Part shown: piece after piece, positions 19,087 through 27,283 of the stretch
Layout of the letters: every line of letters begins with the position of its first letter
Numbering within the stretch: position 1 is the first letter of the stretch
Assembly (NCBI GenBank): GCA_020632155.1
Contig: JACKGE010000001.1
Span: 156,011 to 220,010 of the forward strand
Length of the DNA: 64,000 nucleotides
From: Candidatus Nomurabacteria bacterium
Lineage (GTDB): Bacteria > Patescibacteriota > Minisyncoccia > Phycocordibacterales > UBA918
Reading direction: 5' to 3'
The notes under the pieces: model-generated
Told to the model about the DNA's origin: nothing
The model's input: only the letters and a program-made list of their open reading frames with translations
The model's database searches: none
Position numbers and translations under genes: made by a program

Positions 19087-19110
19087 AATATGTTTCACGT
19101 GAAACATATT
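19087..19110. promoter_or_regulatory. Perfect 24 bp palindrome aatatgtttcac|gtgaaacatatt, immediately upstream of the yraN-like gene (candidate operator)
   Basis: Exact inverted repeat; a related copy lies 3' of the same gene. Confidence 0.55.
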
Positions 19111-19205
19111 GAGGTGGTTATTTTTAATGAGAATTTAAGAATAATTGAGCTTTAATTATATTTAAAGCCATATTCTAAATATACAAAAAACTATAAAGGT
19201 TGTCC

Positions 19206-19234
19206 TTTATCCACTTATGCACTGACTTATCCAC
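19206..19234 (+). promoter_or_regulatory. Two direct DnaA-box-like motifs (tTTATCCACt and cTTATCCACt) 19 bp apart in an AT-rich intergenic region, next to an aaaggttgtccttta hairpin
   Basis: 8/9 match to the TTATCCACA consensus, twice. Confidence 0.4.
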
Positions 19235-19333
19235 TTTGGGACGTATATTTGTATTTTATGTCCCGAAACGGGGATAACTGGGGAAAAGAACAGTTTGCCA
19301 CAGTATTGCGGCCATATTTGGTACAATAGTTGA

Positions 19334-19774
19334 ATGCATGAGGCTTTTGAAAAACCTTTAGAAACTTTTAAATATCCTGAAATCGAAAGTGAAGTGGGGG
19401 AGTTTAAAAGAGTGGCGCAGACCTTTCATGAAGATGTTAACTACTTGATCTCTGCAGCACACTTAGGTGAGCTTGTTGTTTTAGATGATAAAATATGGGA
19501 CACGCTTGAAAATACCGATTCAAATTCTTTTTCCGCTGGGGAGTGGTCTGCAGTTGAAAATTGTGCCGCAGAAGTCAATCGAGACTGGCGCACACTTAAG
19601 GCAAAAATTGACTCTGGGGCAACATTAGATGCGCCGATCATTATGAAGTGGGGAGAAAAATATCACCTTGTCGCTGGAAATACACGACTTATGGTAGCCA
19701 GAGCTATGGGGTTAACACCAAAAGTACTATTGTTTGAAATAAAAACGCCTAGCAAAGCGGGTGCCTTGGACTAA
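19334..19774 (+). CDS. Hypothetical protein with a ParB/Sulfiredoxin-fold (ParB-like nuclease) C-terminal domain
   Basis: DAPIIMKWGEKYHLVAGNTRLMVARAMGLTPKVLLFEI resembles the ParB N-terminal-domain pattern PI.V…y.ii.G.RR..Aa…G. Confidence 0.4.
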   Translation: MHEAFEKPLETFKYPEIESEVGEFKRVAQTFHEDVNYLISAAHLGELVVLDDKIWDTLENTDSNSFSAGEWSAVENCAAEVNRDWRTLKAKIDSGATLDAPIIMKWGEKYHLVAGNTRLMVARAMGLTPKVLLFEIKTPSKAGALD

Positions 19775-19776
19775 GG

Positions 19777-19811
19777 AAAATGACTGATTCGAGGAATCAG
19801 TCATTTTCTTT
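19777..19811 (+). terminator. Terminator after the ParB-like gene
   Basis: aaaatgactgattc gagg aatcagtcatttt plus cttt. Confidence 0.7.
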
Positions 19812-19818
19812 AACGTTG

Positions 19819-19889
19819 TGCGACCAGAGGTAATCGAAACCTCGACTTATCGTTGGCAACGATACGTTTTACCACTAAACTATGGTCGC
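19819..19889 (-). tRNA. tRNA-Gly (anticodon GCC)
   Basis: The reverse complement is GCGACCA TA GTTT AGTGGTA AAAC G TATCG TTGCCAA CGATA AGTC GAGGT TTCGATT ACCTC TGGTCGC A. Confidence 0.9.
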
Positions 19890-19962
19890 AAATATCTTTG
19901 GTACTGTTAGAGCTAAGCTCCAAAACAGTGAAGCCGATTATAGACCATCAGTAGCGTTTGGG

Positions 19963-19996
19963 CAACACAAAACGCCCCTTGGGGCGTTTTGTGTTG
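19963..19996. terminator. Very strong hairpin caacacaaaacgcccc ttgg ggcgttttgtgttg (14-16 bp stem)
   Basis: Exact inverted repeat; abuts the tRNA-Arg 3' fragment. Confidence 0.6.
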
Positions 19997-20001
19997 TTTG
20001 G

Positions 20002-20021
20002 TGCGCCTGCCAGGACTCGAA
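20002..20021 (-). repeat. 20-22 nt duplicate of the 3' end of tRNA-Arg (tgcgcctgccaggactcgaa), 126 bp beyond the intact gene's 3' end; att-like direct repeat
   Basis: Identical to 20148-20167. Confidence 0.7.
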
Positions 20022-20147
20022 TCTTACAGATTCTGTACACCTTTTGGGCATTTCTGTTCGCAAGCTCCAGAAATACCACAAAAGCTTTTCGAGTCCTTAT
20101 CACAAATTGAAATAGCTCCGACGTAAAGCCAGAGCTATCTCAATTTG

Positions 20148-20219
20148 TGCGCCTGCCAGGACTCGAACCCAGAACGCGTGGGCCGAAACCACGAATGATA
20201 TCCATTTCACCACAGGCGC
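20148..20219 (-). tRNA. tRNA-Arg (anticodon UCG)
   Basis: The reverse complement is GCGCCTG…CGTGG TTTCGGC CCACG…TTCGAGT…CAGGCGC A. Confidence 0.75.
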
Positions 20220-20223
20220 ATGC

Positions 20224-20913
20224 TTATTTAACCTCTACATAATACTCAGAAAGACACGTTTGCCAAGTCTTTATGGTTATCAAGTGATTAATGCCAGAAA
20301 CAACCATTCGCAGACAGCCCTTATAATCAGGATTCTTTTTGACAGTATGTGGTGTAGGTTTGTAGCTTGTCTTTTGAAACTGAGACATCGGTATGGCGCA
20401 GTTACGGGACCAAAAAACCTCACATTTTTCATTCGCGTACGGCTTGTGTATATATAAACGAAACTTAAAATCAACTGGCTCAATAGGTAGATATGTCGTA
20501 GTCCAAACCATCATAATCCTTACCATCGACACATCTGAGTTGATAAAACTAAAATAATTATTCTTTTTTGCCCCTTCTGCCCAGTACAGAGCAAGGCCAA
20601 GCACAAAAAATGGATCATCCTTGTATCGCTCAAAATCTGCTCTGGCCTTTACTCTTATCAAATCGCGACGTCTTTCGTTTTTTTCTCGGTTCAGCAACGC
20701 GGTTTTTAGTCGTCCATTGTCTTGCAATACTTGTGAACGCTCGTGTAAAAACTTTTCCTCTCTTTTACTAAGAGGTAAGTTGCTAAGCCATTTTGATAGC
20801 GTTCCCTTTGAAACCGCTACTTTCGCTTGAATTTCTTTATAACTCTTACCTTGGCGGCGTAAGGCAATCGCTTTGGCCCGATCCTGAACTTTAGAACGCA
20901 TGTTACGTAACAT
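20224..20913 (-). CDS. HTH-domain protein with a possible degenerate LAGLIDADG-like homing-endonuclease domain; AT-rich; stop lies 5 bp from the tRNA-Arg 5' end
   Basis: N-terminal HTH (RAKAIALRRQGKSYKEIQAKVAVSKGTLSKWL); LGLALYWAEGAK resembles the LAGLIDADG helix; start moved to the second Met to avoid a 7 bp overlap with cca. Confidence 0.35.
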   Translation of the reverse strand: MLRNMRSKVQDRAKAIALRRQGKSYKEIQAKVAVSKGTLSKWLSNLPLSKREEKFLHERSQVLQDNGRLKTALLNREKNERRRDLIRVKARADFERYKDDPFFVLGLALYWAEGAKKNNYFSFINSDVSMVRIMMVWTTTYLPIEPVDFKFRLYIHKPYANEKCEVFWSRNCAIPMSQFQKTSYKPTPHTVKKNPDYKGCLRMVVSGINHLITIKTWQTCLSEYYVEVK

Positions 20914-20987
20914 GTTATGACAGTTTCCATAATTACTCAATTGCTGCGGTGTGAAAACTGAGCTAAATGACATACAATGGTCACATC

Positions 20988-22460
20988 ATGCTCGTGAAGA
21001 GTGATATACCAAAAGAAGTGCTGGCAGTGGCCTCTATCCTTGAACAAGCTGGCTTTGAAGCCTACTTGGTAGGCGGTTGTGTACGCGACCTTCTTCTTGG
21101 ACGCACACCAAAAGACTGGGATATAACGACAGACGCTCGGCCGGAGGAGATCGAGGGACTATTTCCCGAGACCTACTGTAATAATGACTATGGCACTGTG
21201 GGGGTAGTGAATGAGGACGTTACCGACGCTACTCTAAAAGTAGTTGAAGTAACGCCGTACCGCACTGAAAGTGGCTATTCTGACGCCCGCAGGCCAGACG
21301 CAGTGGAATTTGGTGTTTCCTTAGAGGAGGACCTCAAACGACGCGATTTCACCATCAACGCCATCGCTTTTAGGCCAAAAAGTGAACAAATGGTTGATTT
21401 GTTCGATGGCGTAAGCGATTTGAAGAAAAAACGGCTTAAAACCGTGGGTAATCCAGACGAGCGTTTTGGTGAGGACGCTTTACGTATGATGCGAGCTATT
21501 CGTCTAGCAACTGAGCTTAACTTCGCAATTGAAGGTGAGACGCTGGACTCAATTGTCCGAAATGGCAATATTTTAAGCCGCATTTCGGCTGAACGAATCC
21601 GCGATGAATTCCTTAGAATCATTGATTCTGACCAGCCGATGCAGGGTGTGGCCCTTCTTGAACGCCTCAATATCATTGATTTCGTACTACCAGAAATACG
21701 CGAAGCTATCGGTTGTGAGCAGGGAGGTATCCACGCCTACGACGTCTACGAACACCTACTGCGCACCCTTCAGGCGGCTGCAGATAAGGGTTTTTCGACC
21801 GAACTGCGTCTGGCAGCACTCCTCCATGACATTGGTAAACCAGCCACGAGGCGCACCGGCGGGAAGAATAAGCACTACACCTTCTTTGGTCACGAGGTAG
21901 TAGGGGCGCGCATGACAGAAAAGATCATGAAACGGCTTAAGATGCCTAAGGATATGGCTAGAAATATAGTTAATCTGGTTCGCTGGCATATGTTCTTTGC
22001 AGACCCTGATGAGATCACACTTTCAGCCGTGCGGCGAACGATAGTACGCATTGGTGAAGAGCACATTGAAGACCTCCTAAACCTTCGAGTCTGTGACCGG
22101 ATCGGTACCGGCCGACCAAAAGAACAGCCGTTTCGCTTTCGCAAGTATAAAGCCATGGTGGATCAGGCGCTGCGTGATCCTGTGTCGGTAAAAATGTTAC
22201 AGACCGACGGTGGACGTATTATGGAACAAACTGGGGAAAAACCGGGGAAAAAGCTAGGATATATACTGCATGCACTACTTGAAGAAGTGCTGGAAAACCC
22301 AGAAAAGAATACCGAAGAATACTTAGATGCTCGTGTCCTTGAGCTACTGAAATTACCAGAAAACGAGCTTATTAGCCTTGCTGAGGCTGGGAAAGAACGC
22401 CAAAAAGCTGAAGAAATGGCTGAAATAAAGGCAATTGAGCGAAGTCACAAGGTGGGGTAG
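20988..22460 (+). CDS. cca: CCA-adding enzyme (tRNA nucleotidyltransferase with HD domain)
   Basis: Pol-beta NTase head (GGCVRDLLLGRTPKDWDITT…RRDFTINAIA) and HD domain (LLHDIGK); consistent with the tRNA genes here lacking an encoded CCA; the ORF-track start is 20967. Confidence 0.8.
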   Translation: MLVKSDIPKEVLAVASILEQAGFEAYLVGGCVRDLLLGRTPKDWDITTDARPEEIEGLFPETYCNNDYGTVGVVNEDVTDATLKVVEVTPYRTESGYSDARRPDAVEFGVSLEEDLKRRDFTINAIAFRPKSEQMVDLFDGVSDLKKKRLKTVGNPDERFGEDALRMMRAIRLATELNFAIEGETLDSIVRNGNILSRISAERIRDEFLRIIDSDQPMQGVALLERLNIIDFVLPEIREAIGCEQGGIHAYDVYEHLLRTLQAAADKGFSTELRLAALLHDIGKPATRRTGGKNKHYTFFGHEVVGARMTEKIMKRLKMPKDMARNIVNLVRWHMFFADPDEITLSAVRRTIVRIGEEHIEDLLNLRVCDRIGTGRPKEQPFRFRKYKAMVDQALRDPVSVKMLQTDGGRIMEQTGEKPGKKLGYILHALLEEVLENPEKNTEEYLDARVLELLKLPENELISLAEAGKERQKAEEMAEIKAIERSHKVG

Positions 22461-22482
22461 GTATACTAAGCCCGTAACAAAT

Positions 22483-22521
22483 AGCACAAACTACCGACAT
22501 CGGATGTCGGTAGTTTGTGCT
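22483..22521 (+). terminator. Perfect 19 bp-stem hairpin after cca (agcacaaactaccgacatc gga tgtcggtagtttgtgct)
   Basis: Exact inverted repeat; no T-run, so termination efficiency is uncertain. Confidence 0.5.
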
Positions 22522-22922
22522 ATAAAGAGCGCAGGACGCAAGCGCATGTTAGCCTCTAAACTTGGTCCGTCCAGCAATTTTGCCTAGGACAGGGCAAAAT
22601 TGGGACGTACATTAACAATAGTCGCTACACTCTTTATTATTTGATTAAGAAAAAAGGCCTGGGGGATTCGAGAGGTAAGTGGTCTGCTTATCTTCCGAAG
22701 CCCTCAGGCCTTTGAGTTGGTCAAAGTGGGTGTGTGGTGTGCCAGTCTGCGACCAGCAGTCACGATCCCCTTTGATGTTTGAGCCCCACGATGTTGGGAG
22801 CTTTTAGGCTCCAGATGGGTATGCCATGCTTGGCAATTTGTAACCCGATGTTTGCCGGAGCTCTACGTTGTGTTTGAACTCATATGTTTGTACCAGCTCG
22901 TGCGAGCCGGAAGGAGGACTGA

Positions 22923-23207
22923 ATGTCTTCAGTACTCTTTGCGGCTCACGCGACTAGTAACGAGTTCAATAGGTGGGAATGTTATGAACGTTTGTTAGAT
23001 TTTTTGGAGGTATTTTCTAACGCTTTGTGGAACGAACTCTTGAGGGGATTCTTCCAGAGTTCTGATCTTGATGGTTTCAAGTGCAGAACTCTGGAGTCTT
23101 CCGCCTGCCCTCTCTGGGCCTGCACATATAGTATGTCCTTTACAAATAGTTGTAAAGGACAACACGTGTGCATAACTGGGGAAAACTATTTTGTGTGTCC
23201 TTTATAA
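22923..23207 (+). CDS. Questionable 94-aa ORF with a Cys-rich C-terminus (…CRTLESSACPLWACTYSMSFTNSCKGQHVCITGENYFVCPL)
   Basis: Strong GGAAGGAGG Shine-Dalgarno 6-7 nt upstream of the ATG; however, the C-terminal third is encoded by the repeated hairpin motifs. Confidence 0.2.
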   Translation: MSSVLFAAHATSNEFNRWECYERLLDFLEVFSNALWNELLRGFFQSSDLDGFKCRTLESSACPLWACTYSMSFTNSCKGQHVCITGENYFVCPL

Positions 23208-23216
23208 CGGACACAC
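23145..23216. repeat. Two hairpins built on the GTCCTTTA motif (gtcctttacaa atag ttgtaaaggac; gtgtgtcc tttataac ggacacac) plus an ataactggggaaaa box; the same motifs recur at 18541-18562 and 19194-19210 / 19274-19288
   Basis: Exact inverted repeats and shared 9-14 nt words across four intergenic sites. Confidence 0.5.
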
Positions 23217-23507
23217 TTTTGGAAATAGTGTTTCCGTGGCTCTATAAAGCCGTATTATGGCAGCACAATTTTTAGTGTTTGACATTCTTGAGAATCGTGT
23301 GATTGTATTTTGAGTAATTTGCAAATATTTTCGGGCGCGATTTTGAAATATTTGGAATCAGATGAAGTGCGCGGGGGTGGGATTGATCAAAGTGATATTT
23401 CATTTTAAGCAAGATGAAATGCGAGGCGCGGGAGAGCGACCGAAAGAGCCTTACTAAGTGGTAAGGTGACGAGGTCGCTGGGACCCGTAACGAAGCAGTT
23501 CGCTGGC

Positions 23508-24302
23508 TTAGAGTGAAATGTCTATGGAGACGGGACAGTGATCGCTGCCTAAAACCTCCGGATGAATCCTCGCACTCTTAAGAAGGGGAGTGAGCGCCTC
23601 TGACACCATTACATAGTCGATGCGCCAGCCGACATTGCGCTCGCGAGCGTTGCCCCAGTGACTCCACCACGTATAGAGGTCGGGGGTATTAGGGTGCAGG
23701 TGCCGCAGGGTATCAACAAAACCGGCTGCCTCCATAGCGTCAAAGCCAGCGCGTTCTTCATCGGTGAAGCCTTTCTTCCCCTTATTCTCCTTGGGGCGAG
23801 CTAGGTCGAGTTCGGAGTGTGCCACGTTAAAATCGCCGCAATATATGACCGGTTTCTCAGTTTCAAGCCGTTTCATGTACTCCAAATAGGCCGGATCCCA
23901 GTGCTGGCGCATTGGAATGCGGGATAAGTCGTCTTTGGCGTTTGGTGTATAGACGGTACTGACAAAAAATGGCTCAAATTCTAGGGTTGTTACCCGTCCC
24001 TCTTTGCTGGTGTCACCATAGCCATCGTTCAGCTCGTATTTCTCCACCAAGTCCTTCGGCAGGCCCAAAAGCACGTTTTCTGGCGGTATTTTGGTGAAAA
24101 TAGCGGTGCCTGAGTAGCCTTTTCGCTCAGCTGAGCACCAATATTCCTCGTATTCGGGCAAATCAACCTCCGACTGCTCCTCCATGGCCTTGGTTTCCTG
24201 AAGACAGAGGATGTCTGGCTGGTGTTTGGCGATAAATGGCTCAAAGAGGCCTTTTTTGTGCACCGCCCGAATCCCATTAACGTTCCACGAGTAAATACGC
24301 AT
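23508..24302 (-). CDS. xth: Exodeoxyribonuclease III (AP endonuclease)
   Basis: MRIYSWNVNGIRA…LCLQETK… and the C-terminal SDHCPV motif. Confidence 0.9.
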   Translation of the reverse strand: MRIYSWNVNGIRAVHKKGLFEPFIAKHQPDILCLQETKAMEEQSEVDLPEYEEYWCSAERKGYSGTAIFTKIPPENVLLGLPKDLVEKYELNDGYGDTSKEGRVTTLEFEPFFVSTVYTPNAKDDLSRIPMRQHWDPAYLEYMKRLETEKPVIYCGDFNVAHSELDLARPKENKGKKGFTDEERAGFDAMEAAGFVDTLRHLHPNTPDLYTWWSHWGNARERNVGWRIDYVMVSEALTPLLKSARIHPEVLGSDHCPVSIDISL

Positions 24303-24387
24303 GGGAGTAGTCTAGCATTTTTCTAAAAAGTCTGAGTCCTAGACGTGGTAGCACTTTGCTACAAGAAAAGCTAAATCTAGGCTAATA

Positions 24388-25395
24388 TTGATTCAAATGG
24401 AAAAATTTCCTTTAAGCCAAAAGGAGTCGGGTGTAAATAGAGTAGTGGGTTTTGAGTCTGATAAGGAGGAAGAATTTTTGCAGTATTTCAAAAATAAATT
24501 TGAAACCAATTCTCTCGATTCGAAAGAAAAAGACAAAACTCCTGAACAGCAAGGATTGATTGAACGCATGAATCATGAAATGCGTGATTTCCTCGCTCAG
24601 TATGGTGTGGGTTCAATTGAAGTCCCGACAGAAAATATTCATATCCTCGATAAATCAAAGTTCACCGAAGAGGAGCTGAAAAAGATACAACTATATTTTG
24701 GTACGGAAAATGGATTCTATTCTGCTCTTAAGCAAGGCGTGGCAATTATAAAAGATTATGATGTGAGTAAGCTTTCTTTTTTTCAAACTCTTGCTCATGA
24801 ACTGCTACACCTTCAGGGATTTTATTCATATCAAAAAAGCAAACAAGCTGCTGCCGATCTCACGCTAGAAAAACAAGGTGACTCGGTAAGTATGAACATT
24901 CGTCGTTCAGGATTTTCCATTGGAACAACAGATGGGAAAAGACTACTTTTTCATAAACTAAATGAATCAGTAATCACTGAACTGGAAATAAGATTTGAGA
25001 AAACTTACATGGTGGACTGGCCAGAATTGGAGCTTGAGCTACAAGCCCGAGATAAATATATTGAACAATTTGCAAGACGGGAGTCTGTGCCCATTGAGAA
25101 AGTTGGACAAATAGTTGCAGGAATCAAAGATGATGGGGCTTCAGGACGTAAGTGGGTAAGCTATGCATATCACGAAGAGAGACAACAGTTTAATTCCTTG
25201 GTCGATGCACTCTATGAAAAGAATAAGGGGGACTTTAAGTCTAGAGAAGGTGTGTTTAGGCTATTTGCTGAAGCTACGATGAAGGGAAGACTTCTACCTG
25301 TCGCCCGTCTGATAGAAAAAACTTTCGGTAAAGGATCGTTTGGGATAATTGGCGAGAGAAGTGCTGACAAGCCAAACCGAGAGGAGCCAGAATAA
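24388..25395 (+). CDS. Hypothetical protein with an HExxH zinc-metallopeptidase-like motif (AHELLHLQ; DUF4157-like); low-GC gene
   Basis: HELLH motif in a context resembling the DUF4157 signature HELxHVxQ; AT-rich codon usage. Confidence 0.35.
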   Translation: MIQMEKFPLSQKESGVNRVVGFESDKEEEFLQYFKNKFETNSLDSKEKDKTPEQQGLIERMNHEMRDFLAQYGVGSIEVPTENIHILDKSKFTEEELKKIQLYFGTENGFYSALKQGVAIIKDYDVSKLSFFQTLAHELLHLQGFYSYQKSKQAAADLTLEKQGDSVSMNIRRSGFSIGTTDGKRLLFHKLNESVITELEIRFEKTYMVDWPELELELQARDKYIEQFARRESVPIEKVGQIVAGIKDDGASGRKWVSYAYHEERQQFNSLVDALYEKNKGDFKSREGVFRLFAEATMKGRLLPVARLIEKTFGKGSFGIIGERSADKPNREEPE

Positions 25396-25532
25396 GCAAT
25401 AATGCTTCATAAATGCACTTACGATGTCTTCTTCAAGCAAGCTAATATGACACACACGATAAATCTTGATGTTATTTTGCAACGTTTTCTAGACACCTGA
25501 AAGCGCTATTGAACTTTTGCTATACTGTCTTT

Positions 25533-26114
25533 ATGATCACAAAATTTCTCCTCCACGGTGGCATGTTGAAATATAAAGATGCCAGAAACGATTCTTTTTT
25601 TAAAGCTGTTACAGAAGATTTGAGTGACGGAGATAAGGTACTGTTTATTGGTTTTGCCCGTAGAGATGAAAGCGACAGAAATGAAGTTTACGAACGTGAT
25701 AAAAAACTAATTCTTGCTCAGACTGATAAAAATATTGAAGTTGTTAATGCAACATACGACAATTTAATACAGCAGGCAAAAGAGGCAAAAGCTATTTTTG
25801 TAACTGGGGGGAAGACCCCCGAATTAGTTGAAGATATTTGGAAATATCCAGATTTTTTTGATGTAATTAAAGGAAAGACTATGGCGGGTTCTTCTGCCGG
25901 AGCTTGTCTTTTTTCAACCCATTACTTTTACAGTGAAGAAGAAGGGGTGTTAGAGGGTTTACAAATACTACCCATAAGACTGATGGTGCATTACGGTAAT
26001 CCCGAATACAATTCGACAGCGGAGTATCTGAAGTTATTAGAGGTATATCCAAATGACTTGGAGTTAGTTACATTACAAGAATGCGAATGGACAGTGCATG
26101 AACTGGAAACGTAG
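25533..26114 (+). CDS. Peptidase S51 family (dipeptidase E / cyanophycinase-like)
   Basis: LLHGG, IFVTGG and the AGSSAGA nucleophile motif; the ORF-track TTG start at 25509 is really the -35 box (TTGAAC…TATACT) of a leaderless promoter. Confidence 0.6.
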   Translation: MITKFLLHGGMLKYKDARNDSFFKAVTEDLSDGDKVLFIGFARRDESDRNEVYERDKKLILAQTDKNIEVVNATYDNLIQQAKEAKAIFVTGGKTPELVEDIWKYPDFFDVIKGKTMAGSSAGACLFSTHYFYSEEEGVLEGLQILPIRLMVHYGNPEYNSTAEYLKLLEVYPNDLELVTLQECEWTVHELET

Positions 26115-26122
26115 TCGAATAT

Positions 26123-26734
26123 ATGGAACTAAAAGAAAAAATTAATCCTAGACATACGGCGATTCTGGTTATTGATATCCAAAAAGATTTTGCTGACCCA
26201 AACGGTGTACGAGGTGCGAGAGGGGGAGATTTATCTCAAGTAGAGCCAATGATAGATAAGCTTGAGCAACTTGTGCCTATAGCAAAAGATGCTGGAGTAC
26301 TTGTACTTTACACTCAACAGATATATGACAGGGATAAACTAAACAACCTCCAAAAAGAACAGTATGACCTAGATGGCAAACTGGTTATGTGTGATTCTAC
26401 AACGGGAGGGCATGAATTTTACAGAATCAACCCACCAAAAGAAGACGTTTTTGAGAAGCAAAATTTCAATGCATTTTCTAATCCAGAGTTACAAAAGAGA
26501 TTAGACGAAAACGGAATTAAGACACTGGTTATTACTGGAATGGACACCTACTACTGTGTGGAAACGGCTATTAGAAATGGTTATGATCTTGGTTATAAAA
26601 TAGTAGTGCCCCAAGACTTGGTCGCGGGCAATGGAAAGCATATTGAATTACATAATCGAACACTTGAATTAGTGCGGAAAACATATGGTGTTTTGTCCTC
26701 ATCCGATGAGTTAACCAGAATTTGGGGAGTTTAA
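26123..26734 (+). CDS. Isochorismatase-family cysteine hydrolase
   Basis: ILVIDIQKDF … ITGMDTYYCVETAIRNGYDLGYK. Confidence 0.7.
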   Translation: MELKEKINPRHTAILVIDIQKDFADPNGVRGARGGDLSQVEPMIDKLEQLVPIAKDAGVLVLYTQQIYDRDKLNNLQKEQYDLDGKLVMCDSTTGGHEFYRINPPKEDVFEKQNFNAFSNPELQKRLDENGIKTLVITGMDTYYCVETAIRNGYDLGYKIVVPQDLVAGNGKHIELHNRTLELVRKTYGVLSSSDELTRIWGV

Positions 26735-26771
26735 AAAAATTCCAACGTCGTCCCAGGCGACCAAATATAAA

Positions 26772-26810
26772 ACCTGCGGGGAATATGTTGATTCCCCGCT
26801 GGCGGTTTTG
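26772..26810. terminator. Bidirectional terminator (gcggggaat atgttg attccccgc plus a T-rich tail)
   Basis: Hairpin between convergent genes. Confidence 0.55.
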
Positions 26811-26815
26811 CGCCG

Positions 26816-27166
26816 TCACGCGGCAATTGTCGACATGTTCCTGAGACGCTCATACGTCGGCTTGTCGATAGGGGTGTCGAAGAAGCCGATGCCTGCCGAA
26901 CGCCATCCGTCCGGATCAAGAATCTTCTGACCTGCTTCATCGGCCCATTCCTTCCCAGTCTTGACCGGAACCAGCACGACCTCCGTGTCGTCCTCAAAAA
27001 AGAACATGGCGCCGAGGGCCGTGGCCGGACGGAACTGCCGCCCCAAGAGCAAAATCGCATTGCGTACGGCTTTGGGGCGGATAGTGGTCTTGTGCACCTT
27101 CAGGTACACACCATCTCGGGTAACAAAATGCTGGCCGAGCGGAATCTTACCGAAAGTCGTCGTCAT
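26816..27166 (-). CDS. Hypothetical protein (116 aa), markedly GC-rich gene
   Basis: Clean ORF with roughly 60% GC between low-GC neighbours; no recognisable motif. Confidence 0.4.
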   Translation of the reverse strand: MTTTFGKIPLGQHFVTRDGVYLKVHKTTIRPKAVRNAILLLGRQFRPATALGAMFFFEDDTEVVLVPVKTGKEWADEAGQKILDPDGWRSAGIGFFDTPIDKPTYERLRNMSTIAA

Positions 27167-27283
27167 TGGTTCCTCCGTGTGCTATTCGGTATGGTCAAAC
27201 TACACTAGTTTTTCGTTTCGTCAAGGAATCGTAAGAAATTCAAACATAGTCCCAGACGGCCAGCTCTCTGCTACACTATATAT

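Noticed and set aside
22650-22920. Attempt to assign the structured segment to SRP RNA (CCGGAAGG apex), tmRNA or RNase P RNA
   Set aside because: It has only a 9-nt match to the SRP domain IV apex, and that match doubles as the Shine-Dalgarno of the downstream ORF. There are no tRNA-like ends or tag reading frame for tmRNA, and no GGAAAGTCCGGGCTCC or ACAGAAA RNase P signatures anywhere in the window.
23330-23440. Possible CRISPR array suggested by repeated gatgaaRtgcg…gcgcggg units
   Set aside because: There are only two imperfect copies with unequal spacing, and no cas genes in the window.
25509-25532. TTG start of the S51 peptidase ORF as given in the ORF track
   Set aside because: TTGAAC(17 bp)TATACT forms a promoter whose -10 box ends 6 nt before the in-frame ATG at 25533. 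The upstream codons would be promoter DNA.
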